A stretch of DNA of 64,000 nt from the human T2T-CHM13v2.0 reference genome, Homo sapiens (GCF_009914755.1 NC_060940.1); one strand, 5' to 3'. Shown: positions 19,727 through 40,310, numbered from the stretch's first letter. Notes: generated by a model from the sequence alone, not told the origin. Program-made: numbers and translations.

Positions 19727-19912
19727 CTGGGGGGTGACCATACAGGTTACTCACGAGGGTGGTGTTGGCCCACTTGAAGAACTCTCGGAAGCCGAGCACA
19801 CCTGAAAAGCCCCTGGTGAAGCTGTGCTGGAGGTGTCTGTTGAGGTGGTAGGCGCTGGGGTCCCTCTGCCCGTAGGCCACGAGCAGTAGCATCCACAGGA
19901 AGCCCAAGTATG
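19727..19912 (-). CDS. PKD1L2: PKD1L2 exon (channel S1 and TOP start), AYLGFLW...YGHPP
   Basis: cag|CA, G|gtaag, 186 nt, phase 1-1. Confidence 0.93.
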
Positions 19913-20226
19913 CTGGGGAGGGAGGCACAGTCCCTGGTCAGGCAGGATCCACGACTCCCACCCAGTCCAAGTCAGGAAATGGAAAGGCCTCCTAGACCAG
20001 CCCCTTGCCACTGTGGTGACAATGGAACCAATCTTTATAGAGGCAGCGGAGAGGAGTAAAGTCACAGACCATGGGATCTCCTGCCTGGGTCCAAATCCCA
20101 GCTCTGCGACATCTCATCCAGGTGCCCTTCACAAGTGAGTCTATCCTTCCATGCCTCACTCTCCCCATCTATGAAATGGGAATAACAATTCTGTGATGAG
20201 GGGATCAGTTAATATTAGAAAGTACT

Positions 20227-20867
<641 letters not shown>

Positions 20868-21485
20868 TTAAGCATTTCTTAAATAGAATTTTAAAAAATG
20901 GGGCATTTGCCACGTTGCATGGCTGAGGGTATGGTGGTGAAGACAAACACGTTCCTGCCCTCATGGTGCTCACCTGTCTCGTTGGAGACAGGTGAGTGTG
21001 ACGTAGAGGATCCTTTAGGTGCAGATATTTAGTGTGGGAGGGTGGACATCACAATAACATGAGGGATCAGGTTCTTAGTGAACCGGAACCTCTGGTTCCT
21101 GGGCCTGGGAATCTGTATTCCAAGACTCTCCCCTCTCCCTGCAACCACCTCAGAAGACTTGAATGGATGCCAATGAGTAGGACACTTTGGGGGCGTGCAC
21201 TATATGCTCTCTCCAAGGTCCACAGTGGGACTGAATCCCAGTGGCCCACCTAAAACCCACCTGTCAGGTACCCTCTGTTGGCTTCCTTCCCTCTCTGCTG
21301 CCCTTTCTCCTCCAACCAGTGCTTTCCAGGACTACCTCCCAAATCAGCTACTTGCACCCAAATCTGCTCTGGGAAATCCAGACTCAGAGGCTCCCTGAGG
21401 TGTGAAGGCTTTTGACCAGCTGGGCCGGGGAAGCCACGCTGCAGACACAGTGTTTAGGCTGAGATTTAAAGAATACGAGGAATTA

Positions 21486-22445
<960 letters not shown>

Positions 22446-22829
22446 AGAGGAATTAGGCAGAAGAAAAGCTGGGGAGGAGGAGTGAGCAGACTCCAGGCCG
22501 ATGAGATGGAACTGCCTGGGCAGAAGCCTGGGGTGGGGACAGGGTGCAGGTCGCAGGTGCTATAGAAGCCAATGTGAGGACAACGTGGGTCACGGGAGCC
22601 GGGAGCGGGCACTTGAAGCGGGTAGAGCCACAGGAGCCGGTTTGAGTTTTGTCGTAAGGGTCATGAGAGGCGACCGAAGGATTTTAAGTGTAGGGGAGAA
22701 GCTGGAGTGTGCTGATATCCAGAGAAACTGAGGCCCAAAAGACGAGCGGGACTTATCAAAAATAGCACCGTAAGGGTGTCTGTCTGTTTCAGGCTGTGCT
22801 GAGAGCCAGCGAGTGGGAAGGATGCCTAC

Positions 22830-22967
22830 CCAGGATTTCTCTGATGAGGGCAAATGCTTTCTGTTCCTTGAGGTGGGTGGTTTTCATCTTCTCAATGGCA
22901 GCGGTGAGAGGTGGCTGGTAGACATCCCTGCTGCTGTTTCTTCGTGCTCGGAACAAGGCATAGGGGT
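22830..22967 (-). CDS. PKD1L2: PKD1L2 exon, DPYALFR...IREIL
   Basis: cag|AC, G|gtagg, 138 nt, phase 1-1. Confidence 0.92.
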
Positions 22968-23313
22968 CTGTGGAGGGAAGGACACCAGGACAGCCCCTAC
23001 GTGGGCAGAGGAGGACAGGCTCTGCGTTTGCAACCATAGGCCCCTCTCTCACCTGCTGCAATGGGCTCTGCGTTCCTCTTCCTTGGGAGTCGTTTCCCAA
23101 CTCTACCCTCCACACCTCTGTCCATGTTCTCCCAGGGCCTAGAGTCCCACGCCTCCTCCATCTGGAGGACTCTCCATAGAGAAAGCACAGAGGTGTCTTC
23201 CCCTCCCTGAAATCTTTCTGGCCCCTGCACTGCCTTCCCCGACACTCCAAAACTGATGGATTCGAGGATGAGGGTGACAAATATCTCAAAGTCCTCTCAT
23301 GTCTGTTACCTAG

Positions 23314-23667
<354 letters not shown>

Positions 23668-23920
23668 TAAATTTTTATTTATTTTTCATTTTAAGGCCAG
23701 GCATGGCGGCTCAAGCCTGTAATCCCAGCACTTTCGGAGGCTGAGGCAGGCGGATCACCTGAGGTCAGGAGTTCGAGACCATCCTGACCAACATGGTGAA
23801 ACCCCATCTCTACTAAAAATACAAAAATTAGCCGTACGTGGTGGTGCACGCCTGTAATCCCAGCTACTCAGGAGGCTGAGACAGGAGAATCACTTGAACC
23901 CAGGAGGTGGAGGTTGCAGG

Positions 23921-24416
23921 TAAGAGAAGAGAGACGGATCCTCTCATATTGCTTTATATTGTTTTATACTCAAAAAGGAAAGAGAAGCGAAACTAAAGGC
24001 AGGTAGCCCGGCGCCTAAGAACTAGACCCGAAACCAAGGAACCAGACCTGAAACCAGGCCTGGGCCTGCCTGACCTAAGCCTGGTAGTTAAAGATCGACC
24101 CCTGACCTAACCGGTTATGTTATCTATAGATTCCAGACATTACATGGAAAGGCATTGTAAAAATCCCTGTCCTGTTCTGTTTCGTTCTGATTACTGGTGC
24201 ATGCAGCCCCCAGTCACGTACCCCATTTGATCAATCGATCAGGACCCTCTCACACAGACCCCCTTAGAGTTGTGAGCCCTTAAAAGGGACAGGAATTGCT
24301 TACTTGGGGAGCACGGCTCTTGAGACAGGAGGCTTGCCGATGCTCCCGGCCGAGTGAACCCCTTCCTTCTTTAACTCGGTGTCTGAGGAGTTTTGTCTGC
24401 GGCTCGTCCTGCTACA
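23921..24416 (+). mobile_element. Complete solo ERV1 LTR (LTR15-like) nested in an AluS (23695-24490)
   Basis: 496 bp, ends ...gctaca, 4-bp TSD cagg on both sides; the Alu resumes in register. Confidence 0.85.
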
Positions 24417-24894
24417 CAGGGAGCCGAGACCATACCACTGCACTCCAGCCTGGGTGACAGAGCAAGTCTCTGTCTCAAAAAAAAAAAATTTTTTTAATAA
24501 AAAAAATTAAAAAAATAAAAATAAAATGTTTTTCATTTTACTTGTTTTGTAGAGATGCAGTCTTGCTGTGTTGCCCAGGCTGGAGTACGGAGGTGCAATC
24601 ACAGCTCACTGAAGCCTTGACCTCCTCGGGCTCAGGCAGTCCTCCCACATCAGCCTCTCGAGTAGCTGGGTTTGCATGCATGCACCAGCATGCCCGGCTA
24701 TTTTTTTATATTTTCGGTAGAGAAGGGATTTCCCCATGTTGCCCAGGCTAGTCTCAAACTCCTGAATTCAAGTAATCTGCCCACCTCAGTCTCCCAAAGT
24801 GCTGGGACTACAGGCATGAGCCACTGGGCCTTGCCTCCTGTTCTTTCAAAACAGTCTGGGCACGGTGGCTCACGCCTGTAATCTTAGCACTTTA

Positions 24895-25257
<363 letters not shown>

Positions 25258-26697
25258 CTACCCTTATCTCTAACCATTCTCCCCCACCCCCAACTCACCA
25301 TGCTCCAGACACACTGTCAATGGTTGCTATAAAATGGCTGCAATAAAACGACACCACTGTCCCACCTCGCGGCCTTTGCAGGTGCTGAGTGTGCAGTCCT
25401 TCCCTTCCCCCGTTCTCAGCAGAGAGGTTAGGCACCACCGCAGCAGAGAGGCCTGCCCTCTCTTGATCTTCCCCAACCCTATTTCTTACCATAATTCACA
25501 CTTATATGTCTACTTGTGCATTTACCTGGTTGATGCCATCTCCCCAAATGGGCTGTTCATTCCAAAGGCAGCAACCTGTGCTGTGTTGGCAGGGACTGGG
25601 GTTGGAAGTGCGGATTGACTTTACATGGGCAACAAAGAACCTTTTGGGGTGACGAAGCTCTTCTAAATGTGAATTGCAGTGATGGTTACATAACCCTATA
25701 CATTTACTGAAATCAACAAATTGTGCACTTACAATGGGTGAATTTTATGTAAATTATATTCCCAAGCCATCACAAGGCCTGGCCCGCAGCCAGTGCTCCC
25801 TGAGGACTTGCCAAAGGGGTGACTGAATGAATATTTAATAGTCTGGAGCCTAGCATCTCTGTGGAGAATTGAGAAGATTTTAATGGACCTCTCAGATCTG
25901 CAAATCTAAAACGCTGTCCTGGAATGGAAGAATACAGGCCCTGAAGAGGTAGCCGCATTGCACTGTGAGGCACGTGCATGGCATTTGGTTTGTTTGTTTC
26001 TATTTTATTTTCCCTGAAAGGCAAGACCATTGCCTCAATGATTCCATGTTGATTCAGTTTTATTTGCATGTTTGTTTTGTCATTACTGTCACCACCCTTG
26101 GGAATTTTGGTTGGGAAGTGAGAAGTCAGGCTGGGAGGATGGGGACTGGCCAGTGGCCTCCTAGAGCAGGGGTGAGTGTGGCCGTATTTCAACAAACCTC
26201 TGTTTACAAAAACAGGCAGCAGGAGACATGTGGCCCCCCAGCTGTAGTTTGCAGAGCTTTGTCCTAAAATTCTAATTTGCGGCCACTTTTTGCAGCCTCC
26301 TGTAAACCGATTCTTGTTTTAGTTTCTGTTCTAAAGCCCAGGGCCCTGAGTCTCGGAGAAGAAAGCTGCTTGCTTGGAATTACACAGAGAAGGACCGCCC
26401 ATGTGGACAGCTTCGTCCCTGAGGCAACTCTTCTAGCTGGCAGGTCATACTTGGGTGTCATGGAGAAATGCCAGGGAACGAACAAACACAGATACTCAGG
26501 AGACAATGGAGTCACTTTTTTCCTGGCTCTTTTGGGGATGGCTCACAAACTGGGGGTGAAAAGCTGATGAGGAACAAAGGTCTGGGGAGCTGGCCCAAGG
26601 CCCAGGACCCCCAACAGGCTGCACTCTGCAGGGCTCACTGAGCCTCATCAGGGCCGCAGCTGGCCAGACCCTGCCTCCAGCCACCGAGGCACATTAC

Positions 26698-26794
26698 CTG
26701 GGCCCAACAGATGTCCTGGCAGCGGGGCCACAGTATCCTCCTCATCGTCCACTCTCTTCAAGACCAGTGCAAAGAAAGCAGCGAATCCCAGCAC
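26698..26794 (-). CDS. PKD1L2: PKD1L2 exon, VLGFAAF...HLLGP
   Basis: cag|GTG, G|gtaat, 97 nt, phase 0-1. Confidence 0.92.
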
Positions 26795-27507
26795 CTGAAA
26801 AATACCCAGGGAGGTCCTCGAACCCACTCTGGTAACTCTCAACCCCTCATCTGCGAGCACGTGGGGCTTGGGGCCACGTTTGTATGTTGGGGAGGGCCCT
26901 GTGTTTTGGGGGAATGCAGCTCCCTTCTGCAGAGATGGGAGGTGGTCATGAAGCTGGACCGCAAGGCCTTGGCTCGCAGACCAGACGGGGGACTGGCCAG
27001 TCCTAGAACTCCCCTGAGCCTTCCCACCTACTACCGCTCACCTGTCTGAGGGGTCTCTGATCTCTCTGCAAGGAGAATTGCTCTCCCCCAGGGCTTTCAG
27101 CACAGGGATCCTGCCCCACCCTGCTCCTTCCCTTTCCTCCAGTATTAAGTAATGCGCTCAGGTGCAGGGTCTCAGCTGCAAGGCCTCAGCCACGTGATCT
27201 CTGCGCCTGCTCCACACAAACACAGGAGGATCCTGTGGTTCACTTGGGGAACAGAAAGGCTCAAGACGCAGCCCTGTTCTTAGTATCCTGCGAGCCTAGT
27301 GTTGAAGGGAGGTGTCGGATGTTTTTTGAGTCTTATGGTAAAGGCTGTTCAGGGAAGAATGGGGGACGAGAGGGGATTTGGCAAAGTCCCATAGGTGTAA
27401 AGATGAGCTTTGTTTTTTTTGAGATGGAGTCTTGCTCTATTGCCCCAGCTGGAATGCAATGGCATGATCTAGGCTCACTGCAACCTCCGCCTTCTGGGTT
27501 TAAGTGA

Positions 27508-27714
<207 letters not shown>

Positions 27715-28051
27715 TAGCTGGGATTAGCTGCGATTACAGGCATGCACCACCACACCTGGCTAACTTTGTATTTTTAGTAGAGACAGGGTTTCTCCATGTT
27801 GGTTAGGCTGGTCTTGAACTCCTGACCTCAAGTGATCCACATACCTCAGCCTCCCAAAGTACTGGGATTACAGGCGTGAGCCACCGCGCCCAACCAAGAT
27901 TTGCTTTAAATATCTCCTCCTTTCGGTGGCTTCCCCTACACCCCAATCCAGTATCTCTTCCCCTTAGGGGTTCCCCAGGGATTGCCCACTGCCCAACTCC
28001 TTCCAAGGGAAACTGTGCCCCTTGCCTCCTCTGCTCTACGCCTGGATTTAG

Positions 28052-28279
<228 letters not shown>

Positions 28280-28772
28280 TAGGATTACTGGCATTCAGCC
28301 ACCATGCCGAGCCAGAATTTCTTCAACTCTAACAAGTTCTTTTGCGTAATTTTACATCTCAGAAATAGGAGTGTAGCTTCTAACTCAGGCACACATATAA
28401 TGACTTGGTGTTTTTTCCAAAGGGAAAATTCCTTTAAATTGCTGTCTTTTCCCTTGCAAGCAGACTCAGAAAAAAAAAAAAAAATGAATAACTAGCTACA
28501 TAAATTGTTGTCTTGTCTCAAGATCAAATGGATGTTAACATTGAGGAAATAGGGTATTATTTATACATATATATGTATACCCTAGGGCAAGGGTAACCTC
28601 GGGTAATATGATAGGGCTATTTTTCCTGCCTTGGGCCTGCCCAGAGGGGGTGCTCCAGGTTCATTTGTTGAATATATAAATAAAGGAATGAAAGCCCAGG
28701 GACTAGACTGCTGGCAGTAGGGAAGGGATGGGTGGAGGGGAGGAGGGCGGGTGCCTGAGGCAGGGTCCTGAC

Positions 28773-28977
28773 CTTCAGGGGCTGGGTGACGAACACGCTC
28801 TCCACGAAGGAGACAGCCATGGAGATGAGCCACCTGAGGGAGCTGGCCCTCCTGTAGTGCAGGCCGTAGAGCATGGTGAAGAAGGCCGCCACGCCACTGG
28901 TGGCCGCTACCAGGAGCCAGCCCACCAGGATGCACCACCAGGGCAGGCCTTGAGGGGGTTTGCTCACCTGAAGAGCG
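28773..28977 (-). CDS. PKD1L2: PKD1L2 exon (TM4-5), ALQVSKP...LPWWC...TQPLK
   Basis: cag|C, AAG|gtcag, 205 nt, phase 2-0; downstream of the premature stop. Confidence 0.92.
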
Positions 28978-29280
28978 CTGCAAAGGAGGTGGACAGACAT
29001 AGTTAGGGTGGCCACACCCCCAGGCAATCTCAAGGTCAAACCCCACTCTACTCTGATCAGCATGACCTTGGCCAAGCTCCTGGACCTCTCAGATCCTCTG
29101 TTTCCTTCTCTGTAATCTATACCTATCTCAAAGGTCTATGCCATAGTCTGTGGAGTAAAAGCAGTTACATTTACTCAGTGCTTAGTAGGGGCAAGTCCCC
29201 GCACTAAATGCTACACACAGATTTGCTCTGTTATTGCTCAGGGCAAGCCTAGAAGGCAGATACCATAGAATCTTGTTTTA

Positions 29281-29616
<336 letters not shown>

Positions 29617-30052
29617 TCACACAGCTAAATTAACAGTAATTTTTAAATGTCACCTAGTAACCTGTCTGTATTCAAAGTTCACTGGTTATCTTAAAAAATG
29701 CATTTTGTTTTAAGTTTGAATCAAGAGATAGGCGTCATCATTCCCATTTTACAGATCAGGAAACTAAGCCTGAGAAGTTGAGGAGCCGGTCCAAGAGTGA
29801 AGTGCACAGATGGGAAACAGCCCACAGGAACACCGTTGTGACTGTAGCATGCGGTACAAAGGGCCCTGAGTGCCTTCCAGCAAACAGACCTGTTCAAACC
29901 CGGCCTCCCTGAATGTGTGCAGGAATCCTGCATTGTTTCTGCCTGGCAAGGTCTGGGTGGACATCCTTCCAAGATTGTTCAGAATGCCCTTTCCAGACGG
30001 CCCCAGGCTGGGGCAGGCAGGCACCCACTCAGCCCCCAGGGAAGTGGATTAC

Positions 30053-30281
30053 CTGGCATGTGCAGGGGCCCAGGTGCCCGGCTGTACCCCCAGGCCGCCC
30101 TTCAGGGTCTGCAGCTGCCTGAGGGCCTAGGCATGGCTGTGGGGCTGGGAGAAGCCTCGGGGCCCCACCAGCCGCAGCTCTTGCTCCACGTGTTCCAGCT
30201 GAAGGTACAGACACTGCCTGTAGGCGCTGTCCTTCCAGGGGCCACTCCGTGCCGCCTTGGGCTTGGGACACTGTGATTTCT
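30053..30281 (-). CDS. PKD1L2: PKD1L2 exon with in-frame premature TAG (EKSQCPK...HSHA*ALRQLQ...APAHA)
   Basis: cag|AG, AG|gtaat, 229 nt, phase 1-2; TAG at 30127-30129. Confidence 0.92.
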
Positions 30282-31169
30282 CTGGAGGACAAAGAAGAAA
30301 GCGATCAGCTTGTGCTGAGTCACAGAGCAAACCAGCTGCAATACAAACAACAGCCAGGTGGGGCGGCATGCGCAGGTGGTCCCAGCTACTCGGGAGACTG
30401 AGGCAGGAGGATCGCTGGAGCCCAGGAGGGCGAGGCTGCAGTGAGCTATGATGGCGCCACTTCACTCCAGCCAGGGCAACAAAGCCAGATCCTGTCTCCA
30501 AACAAAACAAACAAACCTCCCCCCACAAAACACAACAGTAATAGTACCAGCTTCTGAGTATGAAATGCTTGCTATGTGCCAAGCCCTGAGAAATCTGAGG
30601 TTCAAAGAGACGGAGTAAGGTTTTAGGGTCACACAGCCAGTTAGGATTCGATGTTTCTCTTTTAGATTTTTATCAGAGTCATTCTTCAAATTTCCCTACA
30701 CATCAAGAGAACAGAGGAGAATCCCATACTCATCACTCCAGCTACAACAATGACCAACATTTGGCCAGTCTTGTCTCATCTCTTTTCTTCTCCTGGAGCT
30801 TTTTTTTTTTTTTTTTTTGCAGTGAAGTCTCACTCTGTCTCCCCAGCTGGAGTGCAGTGGTGTTATCTCAGCTCACTGCAACCTCCACTTCCTGGGTTCT
30901 AGAAGCAGTTCTCTTGCCTCAGCCTCCTGAGTAGCTGGGACTACAGGCGCACGCCACCACGCCCAGCTAGTTTTTGTATTTTTAGTAGAGAGATGGGGTT
31001 TCACCATGTTGGCCAGGTTGGTTCTAAACTCCTGACCTCAGGTGATCCGCCCGCCCCGGCCTCCCAAAGTGCTGGGATTACAGGCGTGAGCCACAGTGCC
31101 CGCCCTCACCCCCCGACTCCCCCACCCCCGGGCCCAGAGTATTTTAAAGCAAATACTTTAATATGGTAA

Positions 31170-31367
<198 letters not shown>

Positions 31368-31724
31368 TAACCGGGATTACAGGCACCCGCCACCATGCCC
31401 AGCTAATTTTTTTTTTTTGTATTTTTAGTAGAGACGGATTTTTACCATGTTGGCCAGGCTGGTCTTGAACTCCTGACCTCAGGGGATCGGCCAGCCTCAG
31501 TCTCCCAAAGTGCTGGGATCACAGGCATGAGCCAGCACGCCCGGCCAATACAGTGTAATCCTTAATCTTGTGTTTTTAGCTTTTTTAAAAATTATGAAAC
31601 ATCTCAAACATATAAAATTAGAGCAAATGATGAGATGAAGCCACACAGCGACACAGCGTCAAAATGATCAAAATGACGCAGCGAGACTCCGTCTCAAAAA
31701 AAAAAAAAAAAAAAGAAGAAATGC

Positions 31725-32709
<985 letters not shown>

Positions 32710-33015
32710 CCAGGTATATGCATCTCCAGCCCTGACTCAGATAAGGTTAGGGTGTTGGGTAAATGGCTATGGTGAGGTCAACTCCTACCTTCCTCTGACT
32801 CACAGCCTCCTCCCTCACCCTCCTGACTGGGCTCCCTCACTGAAGCCTCAGCTGAAGATTCCAAGTCAACACTTTATTTTGCAGGGCTTCTGCTAATGTT
32901 TCTGAAAGATAACATCACTGCCAATCATAACACCACTTACTGTATACCTGCTTTGTGTCAGGCTGGGATCTAAATACTTTACATGTCTTACAATCTTATT
33001 CAGCCCTCACAATAA

Positions 33016-33361
<346 letters not shown>

Positions 33362-34428
33362 TGATTCTCCTGCCTCAGCCTCCCGAGTAGCTAGGACTAC
33401 AGGCGTGTGCCACCACATGCAGCTAATTTTTTTATTTTTAGTAGAGATGGGGTTTTGTCATGTTGACCAGGCTGGTCTTGAACTCCTGACCCCAGGTGAT
33501 CTGCCCACCTCGGCCTCCCAAAGTGTTGGGATTACAAGCGTGAGCCACCACGCCCAGCCAACACCTCTATTTTCTAAGGGAAGAAATGAAGTCTCAGAGA
33601 GGTTGAGCAACTTGTTTAAAGTTGCACCGCTGCTACTGCAGCTGGGAGATCCCAAGGTTCTGGCCGACTCCAGAGTTCATGTTCTTAAGGTCCAGTGTGT
33701 CCAGCTGTGAATGCTAAAACTCCCAAACTCAAAGTCAAGGATCTAGTGGAAGCAGGGATGACCTCCATAAGCAGCCCAAACCCAGCTCTCTGGGGCAAAT
33801 TCTTTTTTTTTTCTTTTTTTTTGAGATGGAGTCTTGCTCTGTCACCCAGGCTGGGGTGCAGTGATGTGATCTCAGCTCACTGCTGACTACACCTCCCAGG
33901 TTTAAGCGATTCTCTGCCTCAGCCTCTTGAGTAGCTGGGACTACAGGGGCAAGTAACTCTATCAGGGGTGGGGCCAAGAATTATGAATTCAAATTGCTTA
34001 TTCTATAAACCATACTTTCGTGTTCTAAACAAGGTTTAGATAGTGGCCACCCTTGTGTATTAAAAATGGTAGCATTCTAAACCCACATAACTATCCACCA
34101 TGTTCCACAGAACATTTCCGTCACTGTAGAAAGTTCTATTGGATGGCACCGCTCTAAATGGGAAGATGGACAGGAAAGGGGCATGAAGGGAACCAGGAGA
34201 CTAGTTGAAACCGGAATAATATGCCATATATACATTTGTTTAATGAAAAGAAAACAATGTTACTGGGTTCTAGCTGGATATTGTTGGAAAAACCTCTGAA
34301 TTTGAGATCTTTTATCTCTGTCAAACAGATTAAGGAGTGTTAGAGAGGCATTAAAGACATAGTCGCACCAAACTGAGACTTTCTCCCTTTTTTTTAGAGC
34401 TAGGGTCTTGCTCTGTCACCCAAGCTAG

Positions 34429-34836
<408 letters not shown>

Positions 34837-35374
34837 TAAGTTTTAAACTCTTTGTACAGACAGGGTCTCCCTATGTTGCCAACGCCGGTCTCGAACTCCT
34901 GGCCTCAAGCAATCCTCCCGCCTCAGCCTCTTAAAGTGCTGGGATTAGAGGCGTGAGCCAGTGCTCCCAGCCATTTGCTTAATTAGGAGGATTGAAAACG
35001 AATAGAGAAAGGAATAACTTTTCCAGTCTGCAATTCCATGTTCCTTAATGGTTTTTGCTGCCCTGACTGTGATCTTGCTTCCTGCCCCACATATTCAGGC
35101 ACGGATCGAGTTCAGCTTTGCACCCCAGCACTCTACAGAAGAAGGCACCGAGGCATTGAGAATGGAGGTCACCTGTCCACGGTCACACAGCCGGCTAGTG
35201 GCAGAGCCAGGACCCAGACATGGTTCTTCCTAGTGGAGATGAGACAAAAGACAGATGGACGGCTCCCACCTCACGTAGTTTACATTCCAGGAAGGATGGC
35301 GCAAGCTTTAAACAATTTTCACCTGATTCATTAGTTGGCCACAAACAGGTTGAATGCAAGAAGCTTAGGGAGTT

Positions 35375-35777
<403 letters not shown>

Positions 35778-36047
35778 TCAGTAGGTATTGGCCTGGCGAA
35801 GAGAGGAGAAAGAACATTCTAGACTAAAGGACCAGCCTGTGTGAAGGCTGTTAGTGGGAAGGCAGCTTGGCATTGTAGGGACAGTAGGTGCCTGAGGTAT
35901 ACAGAGGGAGGGGATGGCCGGTGGTTCAAGCAGAGGCTGGTGAGGGAGACCTCTTGTTCCCCTAGTGATGCTGATGTACCCCTTTGCTGTGTCTCCACCC
36001 GGCCCCAAAATGCGGCTTCTCTTGGCACAGACATGTCCAGGGCTTAC

Positions 36048-36264
36048 CTTTCATTTCTGATGACCCCAAAGTGAGTGTTACAGGGTCCTCTCTCTTTTTG
36101 GCTTCCTCCCAGAACACCTGCCCTGATGTGTTGTGTGGATAAATGACATCTTCCACCAAGGCGAGGAGACTGTTGATGTCCATCAAGTTCACTGAGTCCC
36201 AGCCCAAGGCGGGGGATGGCACCTTGAGAGCTTTGAAGAGGGAGCTGACGATTCTTGACACATC
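36048..36264 (-). CDS. PKD1L2: PKD1L2 exon, DVSRIVS...SSEMK
   Basis: cag|GAT, G|gtaag, 217 nt, phase 0-1. Confidence 0.92.
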
Positions 36265-36597
36265 CTGGTGGGGAAAGGGGCCATAAGCCAAGGTGAGGGG
36301 TGCAGCACAGGGGTCAAGAGCACATGCCCTGGGCCTGGCAACCTGTGTAGGGACCCCTGCTCTGCCCACTGAGATGTGATAGTGACCTCCCTGAGCTTCC
36401 ATTTGTCAGCTCTTGAATCCCTCTTCTAGGGTTTGAACTCATTCCAGGCTGTACTCCTCAAAGCGTGGCACACAGTAGGTGCTCAATGAAAGCTTACTGA
36501 ATGCATCAACGCAGAGCGGGGAGTCTCGTCCATGGGCTTCCAGCCTGGGAGTCTACCATGAAGGCATAATTCTTTGCACACAGTAGATACTCAAAAA

Positions 36598-36760
36598 GTA
36601 TGTGGGTGTATGCGTGTGTGCACATGTGCATGTGTATGTACATGTCTGTGTGTCTCTCTGTGTATGTGTGTGCATGTATGCATATGTGCACCTGTGTGTT
36701 TGTGTGTGCATGTGTGTACAGATGCATGGGTGCATGCATGTTGCATGTGTATGTGTGTCT
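36598..36760. repeat. Alternating purine-pyrimidine (TG/CA/TA) tract
   Basis: Visible periodicity. Confidence 0.9.
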
Positions 36761-36889
36761 TCAGTTGATGAATTTTGGCACCTCACGTTGCCAGGCAACA
36801 CAGGGCTGCTGGGTCTCAAGCCCCAGGCCTCACCCCCACTTCTGCTGAGGCTACAGCACCCCCCAGGCTAGCTGAGGTTGAGGACCTGC

Positions 36890-37107
36890 CTTGGTCACTG
36901 CCTCAGGTGTCAGAAGGCCGTCCTCCATGGGCTGTGGGGAGGGAGTCAGGTTGGGGGACCCCCGGTCCCATTTTCCAGTGTTCTGCTCCTTCGCGACCCG
37001 GGGACGGGTGTTCTGAAAGATCTGAACAATCAGGAGGTTGATGGGGAACATGAGGATGGAGCTCTCCAGGCCAATCATCACCTCCTGCCAGGTGAATTCA
37101 ATTTTAC
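36890..37107 (-). CDS. PKD1L2: PKD1L2 exon (TM3), GKIEFTW...EAVTK, with GC donor
   Basis: cag|GT acceptor, AAG|gcaggt donor, 218 nt, phase 1-0. Confidence 0.88.
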
Positions 37108-37187
37108 CTGGGGAAAGGGAAGGAAGGGATCAAAGGGAGAGGCCACCGCCCGGAGCCCAGTCCCTTCTGCCCCTTGTGGAAGCTGGC

Positions 37188-39015
<1,828 letters not shown>

Positions 39016-39076
39016 TGATCTGGCCGCCTTGGCCTCCCAAAGCGCTGGGATTACAGGTGTGAGCCACCGCGCCTAG

Positions 39077-39343
<267 letters not shown>

Positions 39344-40310
39344 TGAGCCACCGTCCCCGGCTCCCCCAACAATTTTTTTTTTTTTTTTAATAGAAGAAAC
39401 ACAGCATCTTAGCAGCATCACTTAGAGTTAACAATGAAGGCTCTGGAAGTCAGATTAGAATTACAGACGGCCCTCTTCCCAGCTGTGTGACCTCGGGCAC
39501 GTTACTTTGTTCTTTGTACCTTAGATGACTTGTCTGTAAATTGGGGCAAGTAATAATAACAGAACCTACCTCACTGGATTGTTGAAAGGAATAAAAGTGA
39601 TGATTCTGTAAAGCATTTGGGGCAGTAGCTGGCATATAGGTCAATATTCAATCAGTGTCAGCATTGTTATTTTTGCTGTAATTTTAATATAATAATATAG
39701 CTAAAATACTATTAGTTTTGTTACAGTTAGATCATTGGAGTACAGTGGTTAAAAATCCCAGGCATGACGGAGTGCAGTGGCTCATTCCTGTAATCCCACG
39801 ACTTTAGCAGGGCAAGGAGAGAGGGTTGCTTGTGGTCAGGAGTTCAAGACCAGCCTGGCCAATGTGGTGAAACCCCGTCTCTAATAAAAGTACAAAAATT
39901 AGCCAGGCATGGTGGCATGCACCTGTAATCTCAGCTACTTGAGTGGCTGAAGCAGGAGAATTGCTTGAACTCAGGAGGCAGAGGTCACAGTGAGCCAATA
40001 TCGTGCCACCATACTCCAACCTGGGTGACAGAGACTCTGTTCAAAAAAAAAAAAAAAAATCCCAGGCATGGCCAAGCACAGTGGCTCACACCTGTAACCC
40101 CAAAACTTTGGGAGGCTGATACGGAGGATCCCTTGAGCCCAGGAGTTTGAGACCAGTCTGGGCAATATGGTGAAACCCCATCTCTACAAAAACAGTTGGG
40201 CATGGTGGTGTATGTCTACAGTTTCAGCTACTCAGGAGGCTGAGGTAGGAGGATCTCTTGAGAAGGTCGAGACCATCCTAGGCAACATAGCAAAGATTCG
40301 TCTCTACTTA

